Shown here piece after piece: positions 1 to 13,884 of a stretch of 64,000 nt of DNA. Both the position numbers and the translations under genes were made by a program. How positions within the stretch are numbered: the stretch's first letter is position 1; the number at the start of each line of letters is the position of its first letter. The notes beneath the pieces were generated by a model, which searched no databases, was not told the origin of the DNA, and was given only the letters and a program-made list of their open reading frames with translations. The stretch covers positions 19,884 to 83,883 of the forward strand of contig NW_021833665.1 in NCBI RefSeq assembly GCF_006345805.1. The letters run 5' to 3'. The stretch comes from Octopus sinensis (Eukaryota).

Positions 1-3000
1 GACGTTAAATGATGCGAAATGATATGGCGTTAACTGATGTTAAATGAGATGACGTTAAATGGCATGATGTTAAATGAGGTTAAATGACGTTAAGTGACAT
101 AACATTAAATGATGTTCAATAACGGGAAAGGTCATGACGTTAAATCCCGTTAAATGACGTTAAATGATATTACATGAAATGACATTAAATGACGTGAAAT
201 GATATGACGTTAAATGACGTAAAATGACATGACGTTAAATGACATTATGTTAAAAGATGTTAAATGAAATGACGTTAAATGACGTGAGATGACATGACGC
301 TAAATGACGTAAAATGACATGACCTTAAATGACGGTAAATGAAATGACGTTAAACATTAAATGACATGACGTTAAATGACGTGAAATGATATGACGTTAA
401 ATGACATAACGTTTTAATGACATGACGTTGAATGATATTAACTGACTTGACGTTTAATAACGTTAAATGATATGACGTTAAATGCCTTTTAATGACGTTA
501 AATGACATGACGGTATATGGCGTTAAATGACATGACGGTATATGGCGTTAAATGACATGACGTTAAATGATATGACGTTAAATGATGTTAAATGACACGA
601 CGTTCAATGACGTTAAATGATGTTAAATGACGTTAAATGACAATGTTAAATGACGGTCGATGTCATGACGTTAAATGAGTTAAAATGACGTTAAATGACG
701 TTAAATGATATTACATGAAATGACATTAAATGACGTGAAAAGATATGACGTTAAATAACATGACATTAAATGACATAACGTTAAATGACATTATGTTAAA
801 AGATGTTAAATGAAATGACGTTAAATGACGTGAGATGACATGACGCTAAATGACGTAAAATGATATGACCTTAAATGACGGTAAATGAAATGACATTAAA
901 CGTTAAATGACATGACGTTAAATGACGTGAAATGATATGACGTTTAATAAAGTTAAATGATATGACGTTAAATGACATAACGTTAAATGACATGACGTTA
1001 AATGCCATTTAACGACGTTAAATGACATGACGGTATATGGCGTTAAATGACATGACGTTAAATGATGTTAAATGACACGACGTTCAATGACGTTAAATGA
1101 TGTTAAATGACGTTAAATGACAATGTTAAATGACGGTCGATGTCATGACGTTAAATGAGTTAAAATGACGTTAAATGACGTTTAATGACGTTAAATGATA
1201 TTACATGAAATGACATTAAATGACGTGAAATGATATGACGTTAAATGACGTAAAATGACATAACGTTAAATGACATTATGTTAAAAGATGTTAAAAGAAA
1301 TGACGTTAAATGACGTGAGATGACATGACGCTAAATGACGTAAAATGATATGACCTTAAATGACGGTAAATGAAATGACGTTAAACGTTAAATGACATGA
1401 CGTTAAATGACGTGAAATGATGTGACGTTTAATAAAGTTAAATGATATGACGTTAAATGACATAACGTTAAATGACATGACGTTAAATGCCATTTAATGA
1501 CGTTAAATGACATGACGGTATATGGCGTTAAATGACATGACGTTAAATGATATGGCGTTAAATGATGTTAAATGACACGACGTTAAATGACGTTAAATGA
1601 CATGACGTTAAATGACGTTAAATGACAATGTTAAATGACGGACGATGTCATGACGTTAAATGAGTTAAAATGACGTTAAATGACATAACGTTAATTGACG
1701 TTATATGCCGTTAATGACATTAAATGACGTTATATGACATGACGTTAAATCACGTTAAATGATATGACGTTAAATGAAGTTAAATGACGGTAATTGACGT
1801 GACGTTAAATGACATGACGTTAAATGACGTGAAATGACATGACATAAAATGACGTTAAATTATGTTAAATGACATGGCGCTAAATAACGTGAGATGACGT
1901 TTATATTACATGACGTTATATGATACTAAATGAAATGACGTTAATTGACGTTAAATGACGGTAAATGACAAGACGTTAAATGACGTTCAATGAAATGTTG
2001 TTAAATGACGTTAAATGAAATGACGTTAAATGATGTGAAATGATATGGCGTTAACTGATGTTAAATGAGATGACGTTAAATGGCGTTAAATGGCATGATG
2101 TTAAATGAGGTTAAATGACGTTAAGTGACATAACATTAAATGATGTTCAATAACGGGAAAGGTCATGACGTTAAATCCCGTTAAATGACGTTAAATGATA
2201 TTACATGAAATGACATTAAATGACGTGAAATGATATGACGTTAAATGACGTAAAATGACATGACGTTAAATGACATTATGTTAAAAGATGTTAAATGAAA
2301 TGACGTTAAATGACGTGAGATGACATGACGCTAAATGACGTAAAATGACATGACCTTAAATGACGGTAAATGAAATGACGTTAAACATTAATGACATGAC
2401 GTTAAATGACGTGAAATGATATGACGTTAAATGACATAACGTTTTAATGACATGACGTTGAATGATATTAACTGACTTGACGTTTAATAACGTTAAATGA
2501 TATGACGTTAAATGCCTTTTAATGACGTTAAATGACATGACGGTATATGGCGTTAAATGACATGACGGTATATGGCGTTAAATGACATGACGTTAAATGA
2601 TATGACGTTAAATGATGTTAAATGACACGACGTTCAATGACGTTAAATGATGTTAAATGACGTTAAATGACAATGTTAAATGACGGTCGATGTCATGACG
2701 TTAAATGAGTTAAAATGACGTTAAATGACGTTAAATGATATTACATGAAATGACATTAAATGACGTGAAAAGATATGACGTTAAATGACGTAAAATGACA
2801 TAACGTTAAATGACATTATGTTAAAAGATGTTAAATGAAATGACGTTAAATGACGTGAGATGACATGACGCTAAATGACGTAAAATGATATGACCTTAAA
2901 TGACGGTAAATGAAATGACATTAAACGTTAAATGACATGACGTTAAATGACGTGAAATGATATGACGTTTAATAAAGTTAAATGATATGACGTTAAATGA

Positions 3001-6000
3001 CATAACGTTAAATGACATGACGTTAAATGTCATTTAATGACGTTAAATGACATGACGGTATATGGCGTTAAATGACATGACGTTAAATGATGTTAAATGA
3101 CACGACGTTCAATGACGTTAAATGATGTTAAATGACGTTAAATGACAATGTTAAATGACGGTCGATGTCATGACGTTAAATGAGTTAACATGACGTTAAA
3201 TGACGTTTAATGACGTTAAATGATATTACATGAAATGACATTAAATGACGTGAAATGATATGACGTTAAATGACGTAAAATGACATAACGTTAAATGACA
3301 TTATGTTAAACGATGTTAAATGAAATGACGTTAAATGACGTGAGATGACATGACGCTAAATGACGTAAAATGATATGACCTTAAATGACGGTAAATGAAA
3401 TGACGTTAAACGTTAAATGACATGACGTTAAATGACGTGAAATGATGTGACGTTTAATAAAGTTAAATGATATGACATTAAATGACATAACGTTAAATGA
3501 CATGACGTTAAATGCCATTTAATGACGTTAAATGACATGACGGTATATGGCGTTAAATGACATGACGTTAAATGATATGGCGTTAAATGATGTTAAATGA
3601 CACGACGTTAAATGACATGACGTTAAATGACGTTAAATGACAATGTTAAATGACGGACGATGTCATGACGTTAAATGAGTTAAAATGACGTTAAATGACA
3701 TAACGTTAATTGACGTTATATGCCGTTAATGACATTAAATGACGTTATATGACATGACGTTAAATCACGTTAAATGATATGACGTTAAATGAAGTTAAAT
3801 GACGGTAATTGACGTGACGTTAAATGACATGACGTTAAATGACGTGAAATGACATGACATAAAATGACGTTAAATTATGTTAAATGACATGGCGCTAAAT
3901 AACGTGAGATGACGTTTATATTACATGACGTTATATGATACTAAATGAAATGACGTTAATTGACGTTAAATGACGGTAAATGACAAGACGTTAAATGACG
4001 TTCAATGAAATGTTGTTAAATGACGTTAAATGAAATGACGTTAAATGATGTGAAATGATATGGCGTTAACTGATGTTAAATGAGATGACGTTAAATGGCG
4101 TTAAATGGCATGATGTTAAATGAGGTTAAATGACGTTAAGTGACATAACATTAAATGATGTTCAATAACGGGAAAGGTCATGACGTTAAATCCCGTTAAA
4201 TGACGTTAAATGATATTACATGAAATGACATTAAATGACGTGAAATGATATGACGTTAAATGACGTAAAATGACATGACGTTAAATGACATTATGTTAAA
4301 AGATGTTAAATGAAATGACGTTAAATGACGTGAGATGACATGACGCTAAATGACGTAAAATGACATGACCTTAAATGACGGTAAATGAAATGACGTTAAA
4401 CATTAAATGACATGACGTTAAATGACGTGAAATGATATGACGTTAATGACATAACGTTTTAATGACATGACGTTGAATGATATTAACTGACTTGACGTTT
4501 AATAACGTTAAATGATATGACGTTAAATGCCTTTTAATGACGTTAAATGACATGACGGTATATGGCGTTAAATGACATGACGGTATATGGCGTTAAATGA
4601 CATGACGTTAAATGATATGACGTTAAATGATGTTAAATGACACGACGTTCAATGACGTTAAATGATGTTAAATGACGTTAAATGACAATGTTAAATGACG
4701 GTCGATGTCATGACGTTAAATGAGTTAAAATGACGTTAAATGACGTTAAATGATATTACATGAAATGACATTAAATGACGTGAAAAGATATGACGTTAAA
4801 TGACGTAAAATGACATAACGTTAAATGACATTATGTTAAAAGATGTTAAATGAAATGACGTTAAATGACGTGAGATGACATGACGCTAAATGACGTAAAA
4901 TGATATGACCTTAAATGACGGTAAATGAAATGACATTAAACGTTAAATGACATGACGTTAAATGACGTGAAATGATATGACGTTTAATAAAGTTAAATGA
5001 TATGACGTTAAATGACATAACGTTAAATGACATGACGTTAAATGTCATTTAATGACGTTAAATGACATGACGGTATATGGCGTTAAATGACATGACGTTA
5101 AATGATGTTAAATGACACGACGTTCAATGACGTTAAATGATGTTAAATGACGTTAAATGACAATGTTAAATGACGGTCGATGTCATGACGTTAAATGACG
5201 TTTAATGACGTTAAATGATATTACATGAAATGACATTAAATGACGTGAAATGATATGACGTTAAATGACGTAAAATGACATAACGTTAAATGACATTATG
5301 TTAAAAGATGTTAAATGAAATGACGTTAAATGACGTGAGATGACATGACGCTAAATGACGTAAAATGATATGACCTTAACTGACGGTAAATGAAATGACG
5401 TTAAACGTTAAATGACATGACGTTAAATGACGTGAAATGATGTGACGTTTAATAAAGTTAAATGATATGACGTTAAATGACATAACGTTAAATGACATGA
5501 CGTTAAATGCCATTTAATGACGTTAAATGACATGACGGTATATGGCGTTAAATGACATGACGTTAAATGATATGGCGTTAAATGATGTTAAATGACACGA
5601 CGTTAAATGACATGACGTTAAATGACGTTAAATGACAATGTTAAATGACGGACGATGTCATGACGTTAAATGAGTTAAAATGACGTTAAATGACATAACG
5701 TTAATTGACGTTATATGCCGTTAATGACATTAAATGACATGACGTTAAATCACGTTAAATGATATGACGTTAAATGAAGTTAAATGACGGTAATTGACGT
5801 GACGTTAAATGACATGACGTGAAATGACATGACATAAAATGACGTTAAATTATGTTAAATGACATGGCGCTAAATAACGTGAGATGACGTTATATTACAT
5901 GACGTTAAATGATACTAAATGAAATGACGTTAATTGACGTAAAATGACGGTAAATGACAAGAGGTTAAATGACGTTCAATGAAATGTTGTTAAATGACGT

Positions 6001-9000
6001 TAAATGACATGATGCTAAATGATGTTAAATGAAATGACGTTAAATGATGTGAAATGATATGGCGTTAACTGATGTTAAATGAGATGACGTTAAATGGCGT
6101 GAAATGACATGACGTTAAATAAGGTTAAATGACGTTAAGTGACATAACGTTAAATGATGTTTAATAACGTGAAAGGTCATGACGTTAAATCACGTTAAAT
6201 GAGGTTAAATGACATGACGATAAATGACGTTTAATGACGTTAAATGATATTACATGAAATGACATTAAATGACGCAAAATGACATGTCCTTAAATGACGT
6301 TAAATGAGGGTTACTGACATGACGTGAAATGACGTTAAATGACATGACGTTAAATAAAGTTAAATCACGCTAACTGACATGACGTCAAATGACGTTTAAT
6401 GACCTGATGTGAAATGACGTTAAATGACATGTTGTTAAATGACGTCAAATGACCTGACGTTGAATGACGGTAAATGACGTGACGTTAAAAATACGTTAAA
6501 TGACATGACGTTAAATGACGTTAAATGACATGACATTCAATTACTTTAAATGACCTTAAATGGCGTTATTTGATATGACGTTAAATGATATGACGTGAAA
6601 TGACTACATTAAATGACGTTAAATGATATGACGTAAAATTACATGATGTTAAATAACGTTAAATGACGGTAAATGACATGACGTTAAATAACATGACATT
6701 AAATGACATGACGATAAATAACGTTATATGCCATTCACTGATATGACGTTAAATACCGTTAAATGACCTGACATGAGTTGTTAAATGACGTTAAATGACG
6801 TGAAATGTCATGACGTTCAATGACGTTTTTTGATATGACGTTAAATAACATTAAATCAAATGACATTAAATTATATGAAGTTAAATAACGTAAAATGACA
6901 TTAAATGAAATGACGTTAAATGACGGTAAAACGTGACGTTAAATCACATGACGATAAATAACGTGAAATGATGTTATATGACATGACGTTTCATGACATG
7001 ACGTTAAATGATGCTAAATGAAATGACGTTAAGTAAAATGGCGTTGTGTGACGTTAAATGAAATGACGTGAAATGATGTTAAATGACTGTGACTGACATG
7101 GCTTCAAATGACGTTAAATGACATGACGTTAAATGATGTTAATTGAAATGACATTAAATGACGTTAGATAATGTGAAATGACATGGCGTTAAATGACGTT
7201 AAATGACATGATGTTAAATGACGCTAAATGACATGATGTTAAATGAAGTTATATGATATGACGTTAAATGTCGTTAAATGCCATGACGTTAAATGAAATT
7301 AAATAACGGTAAATGACGTTAAATTATGCTAAATGACATGTTAAATTACTTTAAATGATGTTAAATGGCATTTCCTTAAACGACGTTAAATGACATGAAA
7401 TGACATGGTGTTAAATGACGTTAAATGAGATGACGTTAAATGACATGGCATTAAATGACTCTAAATTACACGACGTTGAATAACGTTAAATCACGTTAAC
7501 TGACATGACGTTAAATGACATAACTTTAAATGACGTAAATGATGTTGAAAGACATGGCGTTAAATGAAGATAAGTGACATGACGTTAAATGACGTTAAAA
7601 AACATGGCGTTAAATGACATGACGTGAAATGACGTTAAATGGTGGTAAATGGCATGACGTTAAATGACACGACGGTAAATGACGTTAAATGACTTTCAAT
7701 GACATGACGTTAAATGATGTTAAATGACATGACGTTATATGACATTAAATGACATGACGTTAAATGACATGAAGTTAAATGACTTTAAATGACATGATGT
7801 TCAATGACCTTAAATGATATGACGTGAAATGACATGCCGTTAAATAACGTTAAATGACGTTAAATGACATGACGTTAAATGACATGACATTAAATGATGT
7901 TAAATGATGTTAAATGACATGACGTCAAATGACGTTATATTACATGACATTAAATGACGTTATATGACATGACGTCAAATGACGTTATATTACATGACAT
8001 TAAATGACGGTAAATGATATGACGTTAAATGACGTTAAAAGACATGACGTTAAATGACATTAAATGACATGACGTTTAAATTACTGTAAATGACATGACG
8101 TTAAATGACGTTAAATGATATGACGCTAAATCACGGTAACTGAAGTGACGTTAAATGACATTAAATGACATGATGTTAAGTGACGTTAAATGACGTTAAA
8201 TAAAATGACGTTAAATGTAATGATGTGAAAAGATGTTAAATGACGATGTTAAATGACGTTTAATGGTGGGCGGTTAAATGACGTGTCGTTAAATGACATG
8301 ACTTTAAATGACATTAAATGACGTGAAATGACATGATGTGAAATTACGTTAAATTATGGTAAATGACATGAAGCTAAATGTCGTTAAATGACATTATGTT
8401 AAATGATGTGAAATGACATGACGTTAAATGACATTAAATGACGTTAAATGGCGTTAAATGACATGACGTTAAATGACTTTAAATGACATGATGTTAAATG
8501 ATGTTAAATGTCATGACGTGAAAAGATGTTAAATGACGTTAAATGAGATGTGGTTAAATGACGTTAAATGACTTTAAATGACATGACGTTAAATGACTTT
8601 AAATGACATGATGTTAAATGACGTTTAATGACGTGAGTTTAAATGACGGTAAATGACGTGACGTTAAATGACTTTAAATGACAAGACGTTAAATGACGTG
8701 AAATGACGTTAAATGATGTTAAATGAATTGACGTGAAATGAAGTTATATGACATGACGTTAAATGACATGATATTAAATGACGTTTAATGACATGACGTC
8801 AAATGAGGTTAATTGATATGACGTTAAATGAAGGTAAATGACATTACGTTAAATGACGTTAAATGACGACGTTTAATAATTCTAACTGACATGGCGTTAA
8901 ATGACATTAATTAATGTTAATTGACATGACATTAAATGACTGACTTTAAATGACGTTAAGTGACATGACGTTAAATGACGTTAAATGACATCACGTTAAA

Positions 9001-12000
9001 TGATGTAAAATGACATGATTTGAAATGACGTTAAATGATGTTAAAAACGTTATATTACGTTAACTGACATGACGTTATATGACGTTAAATGATGTTAAAT
9101 GCCATTATATAACATGACGTTAAATGACAAGACGTTAAATAACATGCCGTTAAATGACGTTAAATGATGTTAAATGTCATGTCATTATATGACGTTAAAT
9201 GACATGACGGTAAATGATGTTAAATGACATGACGTAAAATGACGTTAAATGATGTTATAAGAAATGGTGTTAAATGACGTTAAATGACGTTAAATGACAG
9301 GACGTTAAATGAAATTAAATGACGTTAAATAACATGGCGTTAAATTACGTCAAATCACATGACCTGAAAAGATGTTAAATGACATGGCTTTAAATGACGT
9401 TAAATGACATGTCTTTAAATAATGTTAAATGACGGTACCTGACATGACGTTAAATGACGTGAAATGATGTTAAATGACATGACGTTATATGACTTTGAAT
9501 GATGTTAAATGACGTTATATAACAATGTTAAATGACATGCTCTTAAATGACGTTAAATGATGTTAAATGACATAACGTTATACGACGATAAATGACATGA
9601 GGTTAAATTACCTTAAATGACATGACGTAAAATGTCGATCAATGACATGACGGTAAATTTCGTTAAATGACATGACGTTAAATGATGTTAAATGTCATCA
9701 CGTTAAATGACATGACGTTAAATGACCTTCAATGACATGACAATAAATAATGTTAAATGACTTTTAATGACATGATGTTCAATGAGATTAAATGACATGA
9801 CATTAACTGACGTTAAATGACGTTAAATGACATGACGTTAAATGACATGACGTAAAATGACAGTAAATGATATGACGTTAAATCTCGGTAAATGACATGA
9901 AGTTACATTACTGTAAATGACATGACGCTAAATGATATCACGTTAAATCACGGTAACTGACATGACGTTAAATGACATTAAATGACATGATGTTAAGTGC
10001 CGTTAAATGACGTTAAATGTAATGACGTGAAAAGATGTTAAATGACATGACGTATAATGGCGGGCCGTGAAATGACGTTAAATGATATGACTTTAAATAA
10101 TGCTAAATGACATGACGTTAAATGACATTAAATGATGTTAATTGACATGGCGTTTAATGACGTTAAATGACAGGACGTTAAATGAAGTTAAGTGACATGA
10201 CGTTAAATGACTTTAAATGACATCACGTTAAATGACGTGAAATGACGTTAAATGATGGTAAATGACATGAAGCTAAATGTCGTTAAGTGACATTATGTTA
10301 AATGACGTAAAATGACATGACATTTAATGACATGACGTTAAATGACATTAAATGACGTTAAATGGCGTTAAATGACATGACGTTATATGACATGACGTTA
10401 AATGACATGACGTAAAATGACTGTAAATTACATGACGTTGAATGACGTTCAATGACATGACGTTAAATCACGGTAACCGACACGACATTAAATGACATGA
10501 TGTTAAGTGACGTTAAATGATGTTAAATGTCATGACGTGGAAAGATGTTAAATGACATGAAGTTAAATGACGTTAAATGAGATGAGGTTTAATGACGTTA
10601 AATGACTTTAAATGACATGATGTTAAATGACGTTTAATGACGTGAGTTTAAATGACGGTAAATGACGTGACTTTAAATGACAAGACGTTAAATGACGTGA
10701 AATGACGTTAAATGAAGTTATATGACATGACGTTAAATGACGTTAAATGACATGATATTAAATGACGTTTAATGACATGACGTTAAATGACGTTAAATGA
10801 TATGACGTTATATGACGTTAAATCAAGGTAAATGACACGACGTTCAATGACGTGAAAAGACGTTAAATGACATGACGTTAAATGACGTGAAATGACGACG
10901 TTTAATAATGCTAAATGACATGACGTTAAATGACATTAATTGATGTTAATTGATATTGGCGTTAAATGACGTTGAATGACTGACTTTAAATGACGTTAAG
11001 TGACATCACGTTAAATGACATCACGTTAAATGACATCACGTTAAATGATGTTAAATGACGTGATGTAAAATGACATTAAATAGCGGTAAATGACATGAAG
11101 TTAAATGTTGTTAAATGACATGACGTTAAATGACGTTAAATGACATGACGTTAAATGATGTTAAAAACGTTATACTACGTTAACTGGCATGACGTCAAAT
11201 GACGTTAAATGACATGACGTTATATGACGTTAAATGATGTTAAATGCCGTTATATAACATGACGTTAATTGACGTTAAATTACGTTAAATAATGTTAAAT
11301 GTCATGTCGTTATATGACGTTAAATGGCATGACGGTAAATGATGTTAAATGACATGGCGTGAAATGAGGTTAAATGATGTTAAATGACATTACGTTAAAT
11401 GACCTTAAATGATATGACGTTAAATAACGTTAAATGACGGTAAATGACATGACGTTAAATGATGTTAAACGACATGACGGTAAATGATGTTAACTGACAT
11501 GACGTAAAATGACGTTAAATGATGTTAAATGACATGGCGTTAAATGACGATAAATGACATGAGTTAAATGACGTTGAATGACATGACGTTAAATGACGCT
11601 AAATGACGGTAAATGACATAACGTTAAATGACGTTAAATGACATGACTTTAAATGACGTTAAATGATATGATGTTAAATGATATGACGTTAAATGACATG
11701 ACGTTTAATGAAATGACGTTAAATGTCATGATATTAAATGACGTTAAATGACATGACATTCAATGACGCTAAATGACATGACAGTAAATGACGTTAAATG
11801 ATATGACGCTAAATGACGTTGAATCACGGTAAATGACATTAAATGTCATGACATTAAATGAAGTTAAATGACGTTAAATGATGTTAAATGATATGGCGTT
11901 AAATGACGTTATATGACATGACGTTAAATGGCGTTAAATAACATGATATTAAATGACGTTTAATGACATGACGTCAAATGACGTTAAATGATATGACGTT

Positions 12001-12556
12001 AAATGACGTTAAATGACATTAAATGACACGACGTTCAATGACGTTCAATGACGTTAAATTACATGACGTGAAAAGATGTTAAATATGTTATATGACGTTA
12101 AATTTCGTTCAATGACGTTAAATGACGTTAATGGACATGACGTTAAATGACATGACGTTAAATTATGTTAAATGACATGACGTTATATGACGTTAAATGA
12201 TGTTGTATAACATGATGTTAAATGACATGACGTGAAATTACATTAAATGACATGCCGTTAAATGACGTTAAATAATGTTAAATGACATGACGTTATATGT
12301 CGTTAAATGACATGACGTTAAATGACATGAAGTTAAATGACTTTAAATGACAAGACGTGAAATGACGTTAAATGACATCACGTTAAATGACGTTAAATGA
12401 CATCATGTTAAATGACGTTAAATGACATGACGCTAAATGACGTTAAATGACATGACGGTAAATGATGTTAAATGATATGCCGTTAAATGACGTTAAATGA
12501 TGTTAAATGACATGGCGTTAAATGACGATAAATGACGTTAAATGACATCACGTTAA
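1..12556. repeat. Satellite DNA built from 5-bp blocks (TGACG/TGACA/TGATA + TTAAA); 10- and 15-bp monomers; ~2-kb higher-order repeats; continues beyond left edge
   Basis: Uninterrupted (TGACGTTAAA)/(TGACATGACGTTAAA) variants to ...CACGTTAAG at ~12556. Unique marker AACG(G/T)GAAAGGTCATGACG recurs at 121, 2152, 4167, 6166. Confidence 0.98.
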
Positions 12557-12890
12557 GAAATTACACTGCAAATACTTTTACTAATGTTTATTAAACGAAC
12601 CGTCACGTAAACAAATTCAAAATATTAGAGTTCGCCGGTTAAATATACTAAAATACGGAGTAAAAGCAACCGTTCTGATCATTTTGGCCGCCTTTGGTTT
12701 TGCAGTAAATCACTAAATCATCCATAACTTTTCTATTATCCTCTGAAATTACACCAAAATCTCAGGCAATAACAAATAATATCGTATTTATTGTCTGTGA
12801 AAATTATAGAATATAAAACAACTTTTATAAAAAATTATATCTACTTTGCTGACGAAAACAATGCCGTTTTGAACATTTTGGCCGCCACTG
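12557..12890. mobile_element. Probable right terminal repeat of a Tc1/mariner-like DNA transposon (IR/DR architecture)
   Basis: Ends ...CATTTTGGCCGCCACTG|TA. Reverse complement CAGTGGCGGCCAAAA resembles Tc1-type TIR starts (CAGTG...GGCCAAAA). A 23-bp motif is repeated at 12670-12692 and 12864-12886 (21/23 identical). Confidence 0.65.
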
Positions 12891-13435
12891 TATATACATG
12901 CACTAGCACTATTACCTGGCAACGACGGGTCATAATGCTAGTAGTTAATAATTATCCAGGACAAAAAGCACCTGATCCAAAAGTTATTCCTTCACCCATT
13001 TTCACAGTTGGTTATTGAGTCTACTCTGTTGCAAGTATTTGAACCTAATTTCCAGCTCAGAGATAACTTTCTCCCTTTCTACTACTAGTCAAAGAATCTT
13101 TCTTTGCAAAAATATTATGGATACTGCTCTTCCTTCTCTGATTAAGCCATTTATTGTATGTAACTTGTTTTATTCCAAATTATTTAACAGATGAAATTTC
13201 ATTATTATGAATACCAATAGATCAAAGTTTTCAATATAGGGAAATAAGTTTCAATTTCTGATCATAATCTTAATGAAAATGTTATATGGGTTTTAATGTA
13301 ATGAAATTCCTTACAACAAATATTTTTAGTAGTATCAAACAAAATTTTAACTTCTAGCTGTTAAAATTTCTTACTTTAACAAAAATATTTTTGAGACAGT
13401 GGTCTTGAAAATCAAGTGTACATACAATATATATT

Positions 13436-13884
13436 ATTTTTTTTCTACTCTAGGCACAAGCCCTGAAATTTTTGGGGAAGGGACCAGTCGATAGGATTGA
13501 GCCCAGTACACAAGTGGTACTTAATTTATTGACCCTAAAAGAATGAAAGGCAAGGTCAACCTTGGCAGAATTTGAACTCAGAACGTAAAGACAGATGAAA
13601 TACTGCTAAGCATTTCGCCCGCATGCTAACGTTTCTGCCAGCTCACCATCTTATACAATATATATTATTCTTTTCTATTCTAGGCTTAAGGCCCAAAATT
13701 TTGGTGGAGGGAGCCGGTCAGTTGGATTGACCCCAGTATGAAACTGGTACTTAATTTATTGACCCCAAAAGGATGAAAGGCAAAGTCAACCTCGGTGGAA
13801 TTTGAACTCAGAACATAATGACAAACAAAATACCGCTCAGTATTTCACCTGAAGTGCTAACGTTTCTGCCTGCTCACTGCCTTA
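13436..13884 (-). mobile_element. Two tandem copies of a tRNA-derived SINE (family A; 13436-13653 and 13664-13884)
   Basis: Minus strand reads ...GAGTTCAAATT (B-box-like) then GCCTTTCAT(T/C)CTTT...GGGTCAATAAATTAAGTACCA, recalled as resembling the Meta/MESC-type SINE core (unverified). Further copies at 15121-15583, and diverged ones at ~33120-33240 (+) and ~38200-38370. Confidence 0.85.
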
